Positions 1 through 12,875 of a DNA stretch of 64,000 nt are shown piece by piece (positions within the stretch are counted from its first letter, which is position 1; each line of letters starts with the position of its first letter). The stretch comes from Camelus ferus (lineage: Eukaryota): contig NC_045697.1 in NCBI RefSeq assembly GCF_009834535.1, positions 22,942,001 to 23,006,000 of the forward strand, given 5' to 3'. The notes below the pieces were generated by a model that saw only the letters and a program-made list of their open reading frames with translations, did not search any database and was not told the DNA's origin. The translations under genes were made by a program, and so were the position numbers.

Positions 1-254
1 CAAAATATTAGCCTTGTGTAGATGCCTATATGTGTAAATATGGAAACATAAAGAATACTGCCAGAGATGAAGTTACGAATGTATATGCATATATACATAT
101 GTATGCATAGGTATGCATATGTATGTAAGTATGTGTACATATATTTTGTTTGGCTTAGAAAATATTATTTATATTTTTATATAAAAATAAATCTATATAT
201 TATATATGTTTCCCTCAAACCAAACAAATATGTATCATGTTAATGTCTCTCTTA

Positions 255-330
255 TTAACTAGCTATATGACCAGTCAAATCATTTTATTTCTATGAGGTT
301 CAGTTTCTTCAACTGAACAAGGAGATTCAT
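255..330 (+). mobile_element. MIR SINE core fragment
   Basis: 'ctatgaggttcagtttcttcaactgaacaaggagat' resembles the MIR core 'ctctgagcctcagtttcctcatctgtaaaatgggga'; very diverged. Confidence 0.5.
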
Positions 331-3227
331 CTAGTTAATTTCACTTTTTTCCATGATCCTTAAAATTATATCAATTGTATAGATTATCTTCTAAAAGATA
401 ATTAGCTAAACCAAAAGGGATTTTAACCACCCTTTCCATGAATATTTCTGGCTAATAATTTTAGTTCTTACTGAAGTTTTTCATAACATTTCAGTGAATC
501 TGCCTAAGAACACTCTTAACTCCTATTTTTTTGTTTCTCAAGAGAAACTGAATTGTTTATTTTTATGTTCATGTAGGATACAGGAAAAAGGAAATTCTGG
601 ATTGTTCCTATTATCTATATGACAAATGTAAGTAGAGACTTAAAAAGTGAAAGCACACACAAAAAAATTGATACACCCAGTGGAACAATCCCATTGGCTG
701 TTCTACTAAGTTTTATGGGTCTTTTTGCCACAGCTGATTTTTTTCAGAGGATTGTTTAACCAGACTACCTCCAATGGCTGAAATTGAGACACAGAACAAC
801 TCCAGGAACCTCAAGTAAAAGATGTTACAATTGACTGTGGGTTTTCTAGGCCAAGTATCTTTTTCTTGAGATTCCTGGAGTTGTTTTGGTGTTTCCAATA
901 GACTTAAATTCCATTCTCTTTTCATGAAAGTCCTTTTATACTGAAGATGGTGAGTTTTAATGGGTTTTGGTGACTTGCAACAGTGTTGTGACTAACACAA
1001 GGATAAACAACCCTCTATACTTTGTTTTTACAAATTTTATTTTTCTAGTTTCTGTGTCTTCTCTGTTATAAATTGTTTACATAATGTAAATCATTTGATT
1101 GAAAATCTTTAATTTCTAAATGTATAATTAATGTGTTTTATTGTTTGAAAACTTGTTGCAGGTAACTTATATGGATTTATGTTACATAGAAGTAATAATT
1201 TGTGATCAGCATTCTGTACTAGCAAAGAAAAATACACATATAATTCACATTTCTGTAGTTATGTATAATTTATCACATAGCATGCAATCTAACGTATTAT
1301 TTATTATATAACATATTTTTTTCATAATGTGTGATATAGCATATAATTCATGCATACAATGTTTATGTGTTGTTCATTCAATTTTTTAAAACTTCAAACC
1401 ACAGTGCCTACCTCACTCAGGTTTTAATAAGACTTTACTCAGAAATCCCCAATTAAAATAAACCTTTTCATTGTTTTGTATCATAGCTATAATGAAGAAT
1501 CTAGAATTTGCATCCCTCGAAGTGATCCTAACATACTGGAATCCCGATGCAGACATGTACATTGCCCTGCTGCTTCTTTGAGGGCAAACACTGCTGTCAC
1601 CTAAGTAGTTAAAGCATGATTCTGTTTTGGGTGCAAATGTGAACAAAGTAAAACATTAAATTTATGACAATGTTCTGAAAAATTATATTTTATGTATGTA
1701 AGTATTGCTTTTAAAACTTAAAAATTAATTCAATAAAATCACTGACAGGTGATTTGATGTCTCAAATGTAGTTTTGTTGACTCAGATCTTAGTATTGGTA
1801 CCAATTATACATCTTTATGCTATTAATTTGTTTACTTTCTGCCACATGATAATATACTTTTTTAAATGAATCAAAACAACATTATATTATTTGGCAAATT
1901 ATCAGGAACCTGACTTGTGCTTGTTCTTTGCCAAATAAGTTATTCTTAATAAAGCATGATAGCTAAATCACTTAATGTATTAAATATTAATTAATAAGAT
2001 TTAGAAAAAACAAAAGGAAGCCCAGTGGAGTTAATGTCTGCAAAGGACAACAACTAGCTTTCAGTTACCCTTGGCCACAATCTTTCTATCAGACGTATGA
2101 CTATAAAGTCCTTATCTATTTACCCAAAATAAAAGAATGACAGCTCTTGTTATATACATGCCATGATTCAGGATGCTGTGTCATGTGCAGCACATACAAA
2201 CATGAATAACATGTGCACATATTATCCTAAAGAATTCTAAAGAAGTGCATGACTGATATGAGATAGGCATGTAAATGTGAAAGTACATTAAAATTGCATT
2301 TCACATGGAACTGGGCTCCCAATGGAACCCTTGTTTTTTTCACTCTGCACTAACCTGTGAAAGTAACCCTAAGCAAGTAATTTATTCTTGCTAAGATTTG
2401 ACGTCTAAAATACAATCTAAAAAAAAAAAAAAATCAAACCCAGAATTAGAGATGCTATTGAAATATCAGGGAATTCATAGAAAATGATTTCCTTATATAC
2501 TATATGACAGCATAGTATAAATGATAGGTGTTTAGATAGATACATAGACAGAAAAATAATGTCTGCTCTTTTCTCAAGATATATTCTCTGTCCACCAGCC
2601 ACATCACTACATTACCTTCTATCTTTCCCTTCCCCTGTCTACAAATAGCATTTAAAGTTACTCTTCCTTCCTAAATAATTCAATGCTAGCTTTCAGCTTG
2701 CATATGCCTTGGAGCAAAACAAAAGTTGTCTAGTTACTGGCAAAACCCAGTATTCTAGGAAAGCTTTCAATTGATTATGCATCCTGTCCAAAGTATCGGA
2801 AGGTGATATCACCTCCAACATATTCTTTTATTCTGGAGGTGGAGTAGAAGACCAGTTGGAAATTTTGATACTATGAAAAACGTGATTTTTCTCCCTGTAT
2901 GTACTCGGGACACCACATTTTCTAAAAAGATGTTTGAACTGGATACATTACACAGCTATCTATGGTGGGGGACACATTTAGCTGGCTTGGGGGCTGAGAC
3001 TGTTTCCCAACAAAAGATGTGACAACTGGATTCCACGTCAGCATTTTACCCCTGCCACTAGGTTCTGTGAACTTTTTAAGGGATCATTTATGTTTCATTC
3101 ATTTGTATATCATACACTATTTAAAAAAAGAAATGTTACAACATTTGTGTGTAAAAAAGAGAAAATGACTGAAATAACTGTGTTATATGTGTGTGTATAT
3201 ATATATACATATACACAATGGAATTTT

Positions 3228-4284
3228 TTGTCTACATGTAAAAGAATGAGATTAGACCATTTTTTATACACAAAAATAAACTCAAAATGGATTAAAGACC
3301 TAAGTGTAACACCTGAAACCATAAAATTCCTAGAAGAGAACATAGGCAGAATACTCTTTAACATAAATCATGGCAATATTTTGGGGGATCTGTCTCCTAT
3401 GGCGAGAGAAATGACAACCTGAATAGATATTTTTCCACAGAAGACATACAGATGGCCAACAGGCACATGAAAAGATGCTCAACGTTGCTAATCACCCAAG
3501 AAATGCAAACCAAAACCATGATGAGCTATTACCACACACCTCTGAAAATTATCAAAAAGTCTATAAATAATAAATGTTGGAGAGGATGTGGACAAAAGGG
3601 AACCCTTGCACACTATTAGTGGAAATGTAAGTTGGTACAGTCACTACGGAAAACACTATGGAGGTTCCTTAAAAAACTAAAATTAGAACCATAGAATGCA
3701 GCAATTCCACTGAAGAAAACGAAAACACTATGAAAAGATACATGCACCCCAATATTCATAGCATACTATTTATAATGTACAAGATATGGAAGCAATTTGA
3801 GTGTGTATCAACAGGTGACTAGATAAAGCAGATATGGTACATATAATGGAAAATGACTCAGTTCTAAAAAAAGAATAAAATTCTGCCATTTGCAACAAAG
3901 TGAATTGTCCTAAAGAATCTTATGCTTAGTGAAATAAGTCAGACAGAAAGACAAATACTCACTTACATGTGGAGTCTGAAAAATAAAACAAATTAACATG
4001 TATAACAAAACAGAAATAGATTAACAGATACAGAGAATGAACTAGTGATCACCAGTGGGGAGAGGAGTGAGGGGAGGGGCCAAATAGGAGTATGAGATTA
4101 AGATGTAGAAGCCACTACGTATAAAATGGATAAGCAATGCGGATATATTATACAGCACAGGGAAATGCAGTCATTGTCTTCTATTAACTTTAAATGGAGT
4201 ATAATCTATAAAAATCTTGAATAACTATGTTGTACATCTGAAACTAATAAAATATTGTAAATCAACCATATTTCAATACAAAAA
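3228..4284 (+). mobile_element. LINE-1, 5'-truncated (ORF2 C-terminus + 3' UTR), older cetartiodactyl type, with an internal deletion near 3414
   Basis: ORF 3090-3422 ends in L1 ORF2 peptide '[35 protein letters not shown]'. Downstream 'gaagacatacagatggccaacaggcacatgaaaagatgctc'; 3' UTR 'tacagcacagggaaat...gtaaatcaaccatatttcaatacaaaaa'. Confidence 0.95.
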
Positions 4285-4394
4285 TATGCATTTAATTTAA
4301 CTGGGCTCTTGATATAGTAGAATTTTTTCTCTCCATTGGCACTCACTTCCCAGCAGTCACTTTTAGATCTAATTCAGAGGGAGTCGTCTCTTCT

Positions 4395-5093
4395 ATTTGG
4401 ATGCATACACTCACGGTTCTCTTACATTTCTGCAGGTCTTGTGAGCATGGCTCTGACTTCCCTTTGATCTGGACAATATTTTTCTAGATAGTTGTATTGC
4501 AAATAACTTTCAAAAGTAGAGTGAATTCCTCCAGAGCAAAGGGCAGTCACTTACTGACCATTTTGAGATGTTCCAGGACCCTAAGCTTAGCATCCTTCTC
4601 CTTTAACAAACCCATGGGATACGCAGTTGTCTCTTGGCCCTCTCTTTCACCCCGCGGAAATTAGAAATTGTTTGAAGAACCAGCAGAAAAAAAGTTCTGG
4701 TAGTTGGGCTACCATTTTGGGGGGTTAGAAATAAACTATTTTTAGTCTTCAACCCAAGAGTTTTGTATATTCTGCAACTTTCTTAAAACTGTATCAGACA
4801 CATGTTACTATATATAAAACAGTTAAACGCAAGGACCTACTGTATAGCACAGAGAAGTATATTCAATTTCTTATAATAACATATAATGGAAAAGAAAATA
4901 ACATATAATGGAAAAGAATCTGAAAAGAAAAATATATGTATGTGTACGTATATGTATAACTGAATCACTTTGCTGTACACTTGAAACTAACATTGTAAAT
5001 CAACTTACTTCAATAAAAAAATTTTAAAAAAGAAAAACTATCTGACTAACTTGTTAGCTCCCAAGTAAGTAACATCTTATACACTTCACAGTG
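4395..5093 (+). mobile_element. LTR40-like solo LTR (ERVL), interrupted by an L1 3' fragment
   Basis: 'ctcttacatttctgcaggtcttgtgagca', 'ccagagcaaagggcag' and 3' end 'ctaacttgttagctcccaagta...cttcacagt' match the recalled LTR40 consensus; a second copy is at 61719. Confidence 0.75.
4793..5033 (+). mobile_element. LINE-1 3' UTR fragment with A-tail
   Basis: 'aaggacctactgtatagcacagag...tgaatcactttgctgtacacttgaaactaacattgtaaatcaacttacttcaataaaaaa'. Candidate TSD aaaact(g/a)t at 4785-4792 and 5034-5041, at a TT/AAAA site. Confidence 0.93.
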
Positions 5094-5380
5094 TATAGGC
5101 AGACTTTACACTTAGATAGGAAACATTATGACAGGTAAACTAATTCAACACTTAGAGTCTCAGTAACAACAATGGAACTCAAATTTAACAAAGCAGAATG
5201 ACTTCTTAGTTAAACATAACTGAATATATTTAATATTTAAAGATACAAAATACCAATCTTAAGAGATGGGGAGGTAGAGCTTATCAGAAATTAAAAAAAA
5301 AAAATAGAAGAAAGCTACTTTTAGATATAAATGAGCTGCATCCAGAGAGACAATTTCAATGGGAGTATTTACCCTGGGCA

Positions 5381-5445
5381 AAAATAAATAAATAAATAAA
5401 TAAACAAACAAACAAACAAACAAGCAAACAAACAAATAAATAAAT
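5381..5445 (+). repeat. (TAAA)n/(CAAA)n microsatellite
   Basis: Seen directly in the sequence. Confidence 0.95.
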
Positions 5446-6353
5446 CCCATTAACGAGAATGTCTCTCCTGGGGAGATTAGACTAATTTGGACCAGTTTGT
5501 ATAGGCTGTTTTATTTCACAGACTGGCTGACCCAGTCTGTCCAGTGGCTATCCAAGCCCTCATCAGCCACCTTCCTCTTACCTCCTTTTTCTAAAGAGTC
5601 TACACATCTTGCAGTCAAAAGGCATCACATGATATAATTAGGAACAATGAAATCTACACGAAATTTCTAGTAAAGAAATCCCTTATTTTAAAAAGACATA
5701 TGTCTCATTAAAAATCCTTTTGTTATTCATATTTCCCTGATTTTTGTGTCTAAAATGAAATGATTCATATTAGAATCATCTGAGGTTACATTTACATGTT
5801 TAGGAAGAAAGAGCAGGCAAATAAAGAGCCTAAGTTCTTCCTGCTAGCTTTAAGCATCTGTTACATAAGAAAATTAGATTCAAAAGAAACCCAGATACAC
5901 AAGAACAAATAAGCTAAACAATGGAGAGAAAACAAAGGTTTTTATTTTGCCATAAAAAGTATTGGGCAATCTACCACAGCCTGTTTTCATACACATTCAA
6001 ACTCAAGCCCACAAAAAAATACACACTAAATGAAAAGCCAAAGCAATATTAAGACAATAGTACAGATACTTGAGTACATTTAGCAAGAAAATGTGTTCTA
6101 AGATCTTTAATATTTTCATTTCTCCAGAGATTATTACTGGCTTGCATTAGCTATTGGACCTGGATTTGTGAGTCCCAAACTGGGCTCTCCTGGTGTAAAA
6201 ATCTTAATTATTTAACTATATAACTAAGAGCCTGCTTTCTGCTTATTCTTTTGCTGTTTGCATAAGTTTCTTTTATGGAGAAAAGTGCCATAAGAGGATA
6301 TGGTATCTCATTCACTTCATATTTGTGTATCTTATTTTGTAATAATGAATACA

Positions 6354-6737
6354 TATTTTAGTTTGCCTGGGCTGCCATAACACAGAACCACAGACTGGGT
6401 GGCTTAAACAACAGAAATTTATTTCCTCACGGCCCAAAGCTAGAAGCTGAAGACCAAGATGTCAGCGGGTTTGGTTTCTTCCGACGTGTCTCTTCTTGGC
6501 TTGCAGATGGCCACTCTTTCTGTGTCCTCATGTGAACTTTCTTTTTGCACAAGCTCCCTGAAGTCTCTTTTCCTTATAAGAAAACCATTGCTATTAGATT
6601 AGGGCCCAATCCCAATGGCCTCACTCTAACCTAATCACCTCTTCAAAGACTATCTTCAAATACAGTCGTATTCTGAGGTATTTAGAAGTTAAGGCTTCAA
6701 CATATGAACTTGAAGGGACACAATTCAGCCTGTAAAA
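6354..6737 (-). mobile_element. MLT1B-like solo LTR (ERVL-MaLR)
   Basis: 'gggctgccataacacagaaccacagactgggtggcttaaacaacagaaatttattt...catatgaacttgaagggacacaattcagcc' is the reverse complement of the MLT1B consensus. Confidence 0.92.
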
Positions 6738-8039
6738 ATAGGTGGTCTTTTTTTCCTCCCCAACTCAAAATCCTATAGAGATAGCAATTCTTTCATTTTC
6801 CTTAGGTCTTATCTACTCTGAATAAATGAAGAGATAACACAGGGCCTAAAAAATTGAAGTCCAAACCACAAACTATGATGAATTTGTCCAGATAATACCC
6901 ATATTGTGAGTCCCTGGTGTTTAATCAGCAAGCCAGAATGTCCTTAAAAGCACCCAAATCACTCAACTCCTTCTATTAAAACTCCAGTGTACAGATTTTT
7001 AAAAAGCATGTAAAAGTTCCAAGCTACGGGTGCCTTTGAGCAAGAAGTCCTATTCCAATCACCCTACATAAACAAAGCAATTAGCTCTCTACAATTTTGT
7101 TTCTCCTAGTTTCAAATTAGGTTCATTTACATTTTGTGTTCCACTAATGTGCATTTATTTCAGTCCTTTGCATAGTTCAGCAGCAAGGGATAGAAGCAGT
7201 ACAGTAATATATAAACTCGCTTATACAATCATTTTTATTTTTGTAGGACATGGTGTGACCACTAAATGAGACATAGTTGGTAGTTAGACTTCATCAGGCA
7301 ATATTTATTTCTTTTGTCTGCTTGAATACTCTCTTTTATCTGAGATAAGTAAGCACTCTATACTTAAATTCCCTTTCTCAGACAATTCAATTGGTCACAC
7401 AAAAACTGAAGACAAAGAAAAATAAACATTCATTAGAAATATCCTGTAAAGGTAGTTCAGCCCCAAAGGTGCAAAGGTATTTAAATTTGGGGGAAAAAAA
7501 AAGAGAGAGACAAACAAAAAAACCCCAAACTCTGCATTTACAACTATAGTATCTCAGTTTAAAATAAACGTTTCTGTTGTAGCAAACATCATAGAAGAAG
7601 GTTACTTTTCTTAAGTTCTTAATACAAGGCAGAGGAATTTTGGATGGAAAAATGTATAGATATGGACTGGATTTTTAAATCAGTCTCTTCAGTAGTTAGT
7701 CAAGATGTCAGAAATGATTTATGAACTTATGATTTTATATGTGCCTTTAATTATTATTCCTAAGATTTAGATGTAAACTTAGCAACCTTGAGAATAAATT
7801 GTTGATCCATTTACACAGAACTAAAAACAAAGCACAAAGATAAATACTGTGAAAGGATTGAGTGTAAATCTACTGTGTAAAATGGTCAAAAATAAACTGA
7901 ATTAACCCTGAACTCCTCTTTATTACCTGATGGATGCTTGGCATGAATACTGGATTACTTTACAATTTTAACTAAGGTTATATATCTCTATTCTTCCATG
8001 AGAAAGCAGGAGATCCTTAAATACAAACACATTACCCAC

Positions 8040-8245
8040 ACACTTTGCACTAAGAATCAAAAGACATTAGTTCTAGTCCTATTTCTGTCATTTACCTGGT
8101 CTGAGACCTTTGTCCAATGAAAAATCCACAAAAACAACAACAAAAAACTAAGAAACAAACCAACCTAGATCATAATACCTCATCTGTATATAATTATGAA
8201 GTTAATAGAGCACTAAGATCTTGTTTCAAAAATTCTTTTCTGATT
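8040..8245 (+). mobile_element. MIR/MIR3 fragment
   Basis: 'gaatcaaaagacattagttctagtcctatttctgtcatttac...gacctttg...cctcatctgtata'. Confidence 0.6.
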
Positions 8246-8369
8246 CAAAATCTGCAGTCATAATAGATAACAAATATTCACTTAATATAGCCCATGGTCA
8301 GTTATTATAATCCCTTCTTCAAGTAAACTCTAACGACCCTTGGTTTGTCACCCTCATATGAAGTACAAT

Positions 8370-8558
8370 TATACTGACAGAAACAGGCTCCAACTCACAC
8401 AGTTCAAGATATTCTATGAAGGGAATATTTACGATGGTATTAGTAGTATTAATGGAATCAGCTATGGGCCAGCCTATTGTGGAAAGGCATTGACACTCTT
8501 GAGGCAAAGATCAGATACCACGAGAACTATAACAATGACAGAGACACTGCTATTGCTG

Positions 8559-8589
<31 letters not shown>

Positions 8590-8810
8590 CAAACCTTCCA
8601 GAGGGGAAAAGGCATGGGAAGAAATATCCTGAATTTTTTTTCTCCTGCTCTCCGATCTTTTCTCAGCACCATCCATTGGCTGAGCCTCAATTCGAAGTCA
8701 ATTGCAAAGAGTGTCCTGGTGACACCATCTATAAGGCTCAACTTCCTTGGATGCAAAGTAAGAGTTTGAAATGGAAATGATAAATCTAGATGAGAGATAC
8801 AGACTAAGCC
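8370..8810 (-). mobile_element. LTR33-like solo LTR (ERVL)
   Basis: 'ctcctgctctccgatcttttctcagcaccatccattggctgagcctcaattcgaagtcaattgcaaagagtgtcctggtgacaccatctataaggctcaacttcc' matches the recalled LTR33 antisense strand. Confidence 0.65.
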
Positions 8811-9409
8811 AAATGATAAAAGGCTTGTACACTTGACAAAATCATAGTCCCTATAAATCCCACTCTCTGTCTATTTCACACCTGCATCATGTATCTGAAT
8901 TAGGTTGGAGGAAATCCTAAAAACCACAGTGAACAGAAGCATTTAAATGTGTGACAACTAACTTCAAGTGAACTCTTATTGTTGAAGGAAATCATAGTCT
9001 TTTTAATCCATCAGTTCTCATATTCCTAGGAGTCTTTTCCACACTTTCTTCCTTCTTTTTAAGTGGTCAATACCTCCTCTCCCAGCCTCATTCTTGTCTG
9101 ATGACTTTGCTTCATATTTCAGTTAAAAAGATTACAGGAATCAAAAGAGTTTAGACAGACTTCTACCACATTAATCCATCTTTCAGTATTTGCAGACACC
9201 TACCATGTCTTTCACCTTAACTTGGGTGAACCATCATATAGCCAATCTTTCTTTATGGGGGGTTATATCCTATCTGATCTTATACACTCAAAACCTTTAC
9301 TCCAGAGATTCTCCCCTCTTCCTTATACATTGTCAACATTTACTTCCTAGGGAATCATTACCATCAGCATATATATATAAATGCTATATATTTTTAAAGT
9401 CATAGCAAA

Positions 9410-9554
9410 CAGTTGGCCCTTGAACAATGCAGAGGTTAGGGACAAAGACTTTCAGTGTAGTGGAAAATCCAACTATATCCAGAGTTCCACATCTATGGAT
9501 TTAACCAACCACAGATTATGTAGTACTAGTACTGTATTGTTTAAGGGGCAACTG
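9410..9554. mobile_element. Tigger2-derived non-autonomous DNA transposon (TcMar-Tigger MITE)
   Basis: TIRs cagttggcccttgaacaat (9410-9428) and attgtttaaggggcaactg (9536-9554) are 17/19 complementary and resemble the Tigger2 TIR CAGTTGACCCTTGAACAA. TA follows the right end. Internal 'atctatggatttaaccaaccacagat' is typical of the family. Confidence 0.88.
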
Positions 9555-9786
9555 TATGGCACAGCAATCTGTATGGAACAGGAGACAAGGGTAGGTGGTG
9601 TGTAACCTTATTTCAAGAGTTGAGAATTTGTGTAGTGGCCATCAGGCACACATATCCCATTCACAGTAATTGGGAGTAGTTAAGAAATAAAAATAAAAAT
9701 AATTTTTCCTTTCAAAAAAATTAAAAAGCTATATTTTTTTCAACAACTATGTGACCTTTCAGCAGCATTTGATATAATCACTCACT

Positions 9787-10412
9787 TGATGGGTAGCAAA
9801 GAATTTGACCTTGCCCAAAGAGAGGTATGACCTTTGTCCTTTGCTCCTTTTTTGAAAATAGCCTTTAAAGCTTTGGAATTTCCTAACTGATAAGAATGTC
9901 TTTGTTACTCTTGATGGGCCTCTGGGAAACCTGATAATTTATGTTAACAAGGTGCTTCATGGTGGGCCCATGATATCAGCACAATCTCCAGGGAATGGGC
10001 AGCTGGAGACTGAGATCAACCATGTGGAAAATCAAACAGTCAATCTTTCCTACAATGATTCCCCAGTAAAAAGTCTTAGACACTGAAGCTTGATGAGCCT
10101 CACCAGTTGGACATACTCTGCATATTTTTACACACCAACTCTAAGAGAGTCATGTGTCCTGAGGACAATGGAAATTTCATATTTGGAACGCTCCCAGACT
10201 CTCTGTCTAATGCATTTCTTCTCTTGGCTAATTTTATTGTATATCTCCCCTGCTATAAATCATGACTCTGAGTGCAATTCAGTTAGTTCTGTGAGTGTTT
10301 CTAGTGAATTTGGGAACCCCCCGCCAAGCTAACAGTTGGGGTCAGAAGTAAGGGCAGTCTTTGGGGACTATAACTGTTCTCTTAAACCTTACAGTTTGAC
10401 TCACTTTGGATA
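9787..10412 (+). mobile_element. MER68/MER77-like solo LTR (ERVL, MER21 group) nested in L2
   Basis: 'gcaaagaatttgaccttgcccaaagagagg', 'gctggagactgagatcaaccatgtgg', 'gttctgtgagtgtttctagtgaatt', 'gtcagaagtaagggcagtct'. L2 sequence resumes in register on both sides. Confidence 0.8.
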
Positions 10413-12139
10413 CTCCTCTTTGACAATACTTTCTTCACTTCACATGTAAGACACCATGATTTAATCATTTCCTTGCTACTTCGATTGTTCATTTCATGGC
10501 AGACTTCATTTTTTTTTCTCCTTTTCCTTATATTTCAATACTGTAGTGTTGTAAGACTAATTCTTTATCCCCCTTTCCTACTTTTTATGTAGTAACTCTT
10601 TCCTACTCTGATCTAGTGTCAAGACCTTTAATGTTATCACTTTGCCAGTGTACCAAATATATATCTTTAGTCTGTCTTCTCTCCTCAAACCTAGACTAAC
10701 ATATTCTATGGCTTAATTAACACATCCACCAAGACATCTGATAGATGTCGAAACACAGCATACCCATAAGAACCCCAGATTTCTTCTTCCCTCCTTATAC
10801 TCCAGCTCCCCAAATATTTACCTGTGACTTTCTCCATCTAAGTGAACTTAAGTCAACCTTTGAGTCTCCAGCAAAAATTTTAGAATATGAGATTATACTC
10901 AAATCTTCTCATTCTTTCATGTGAAAAGTGAAGATTTCCCATCAAAGAAGACTTTATCCTCAAAATATATTCAGGATCTGTTTGGGTTTTTTTTTTTTTT
11001 TTTTTTTTACTACTTTCAAAGCTACCAATTCATTCTTTCATTCCTTGATTACTGTGAAAACAGTCTATTTCCACTGCCACGTTCTTTGACTGCATAGAGT
11101 TTAATCTCAAAACTGCAGCCAGAGTGAGTCTTATATACAAATCAGATCATGCCCTTCCTTTGCTCAAAACCCATCAGTTGCTTCAATTTCATTTAAGAAA
11201 AAAAAAAAAATCAAAGTCCATACAACGACCAACAAGCTGCTGTATGATTTACCTCAATATTTCATCTCGGATCTCATGAGCAGCTAACACCTCCAGTCAC
11301 ACCACCCTCCTTGTGGCAATGCTTATTGAACCTAGGTGGGTCCACTTTTACATTAGCTGCCACACATTGCCAAGACAGCCTTCTCCCTGATGTTTAGAAG
11401 TCTCACTCATTGTTTGCTTTTAGTCTTTTCTCAAATGTCAACTTTTTATAGATATCTGATATTTTCAATCTATTTAAAAATTTACCTGTACCCCAGTGCT
11501 ACTGGTGTCCCTTATCATTTACTGCATTTTCTTTTTTTTTAACTAAAATACTTATCATCTTCTAAAGTATTATGGAATTTACTTATATTTACAGTTTAAT
11601 CTATGTATTTCCCATTAGAATCCCAGCTCCAAAATGTCAGAAGCCTTGTCCAGTTAGCTTTTGATCAATTCCACATATAAATATAACTAAATTCAATGTC
11701 TTGTCATGGTCATAAATGTGGAAATTCAAGTCTATTATTCACTGGCCTCTAGTTAAGAATGTCTGCTTCCCCCATCTCAGTGTAAGTCTGAATAAAAAGT
11801 TAAAGTCTCTTAACCATACAATTTCGGAACTCAGATTTTTTGGCTTTCTTTCTTTCTTTTTTCTTTTCTTTCCTTTCCTTTGCTTTCTTTCTTTCTTTAT
11901 TTCTTTTTTAAACATCTCTTTAAGGCTCCAAATTATGGGAATAAATCTGTACTGTAAAATGCAAGAGTATCTTCTTTGGAAAATCTAAATTTGCTTCCAT
12001 TTATTTCTGCACACTGATACATCTTAGCCTAATTTTATCTCTCTATCTTATGAGAATTAACTTTTAAAAAGCAAGAAGAAGATAGCAGATTCCAACTTTC
12101 TGAATTTCTCCTAACATTTGCCTCAGTGTTCTAGCTTTG

Positions 12140-12513
12140 CTAGCAGATATGATAGAATTCACTAGTGTTTACCAATATTTGTGGGTTTTTTTTTCCAGTT
12201 TACATAGAATGATTGCATATCCCACCCCCAGAAGTTAAACATACTCATGTGATTTTCCACTTTTAATGAAAATAAAGTGGATTTGACTTATGTCACCTAT
12301 GGGTAGAAGAGCTACTGAATAATATTCACTTCTCCTTTCCTACACTGAGTTAAGGTGAAATTATGTCCAAATTTATGTAGTGTGAAATGTGGATAACAGC
12401 TGCTTAGAAACACATGTGAACTTTGCTATAGTGATAAATGTTTATTGCGTTAAGTCAGGGAGATATTGGTGTTTTTGTTTTTGCAGCACAATTTACCCTG
12501 TACGTATTGAAAC
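12140..12513 (+). mobile_element. MLT1J-like solo LTR
   Basis: 'gaagttaaacatactcatgtgattt...gacttatgtcacct...ataaatgtttattgcgttaagtcagggagat...gcagcacaatttaccc..ttgaaaca'. Confidence 0.65.
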
Positions 12514-12875
12514 AATTGAGAACAATTTAACCAAATATTTTGCCAAGACATAAAAAAGTTTCCCAGCTCTCCAATCTACAGTTGTTATATCTTCACTGAA
12601 CCTCTTCTAGACCAAAGATAATGAAAACATTTTAAATTCTGTCTTAAGTAGTGCACACAAAGTACTTATTTCAAATGCTGTCCTAGTCAAGATTACTGAA
12701 TGTCACATGTGACAGAAAGTATCAAGTACTAGTTCTAAAAAGACTGAAATGTACTCTGCTTTTGCAGAAGAGTTACTTACAAGACAGTGAAATCTTGTTT
12801 CAAGCCTTCACAGTATTAGTTATTAAGATTTTCAGTCCTGTGTGCCTCCATGATCCTCACTACTAGGATTCTTCC

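Larger units (their letters stand above)
8830..11720 (+). mobile_element. Long L2 (L2a-like) LINE remnant, interrupted by a polyadenylated insert and an LTR
   Basis: L2 motifs in colinear order: 'ctgatgactttgcttcatatttc', 'ggaatcattaccatcagcat', 'gacctttcagcagcatttga', 'cagccagagtgagtctt..aaatcagatcatgcc', 'tcttttctcaaatgtca', and 3' end 'cccattagaatcccagctcc'. Confidence 0.85.

Noticed and set aside
2810..2841. 8-bp inverted repeat cacctcca/tggaggtg
   Set aside because: Within chance expectation.
3090..3422. 110-aa ORF, and similar ORFs at 29240-29955, 31279-31601, 40141-40497, 45152-45708 and 55322-55540
   Set aside because: Sense or antisense translations of L1 relics.
5518..5540. Perfect 9-bp hairpin acagactgg-ctgac-ccagtctgt
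   Set aside because: A few such stems are expected by chance in 64 kb; no other support.
8340..8780. 146-aa ORF
   Set aside because: Runs through an LTR33-like element and a (CAAAA)n tract; no recognisable domain.
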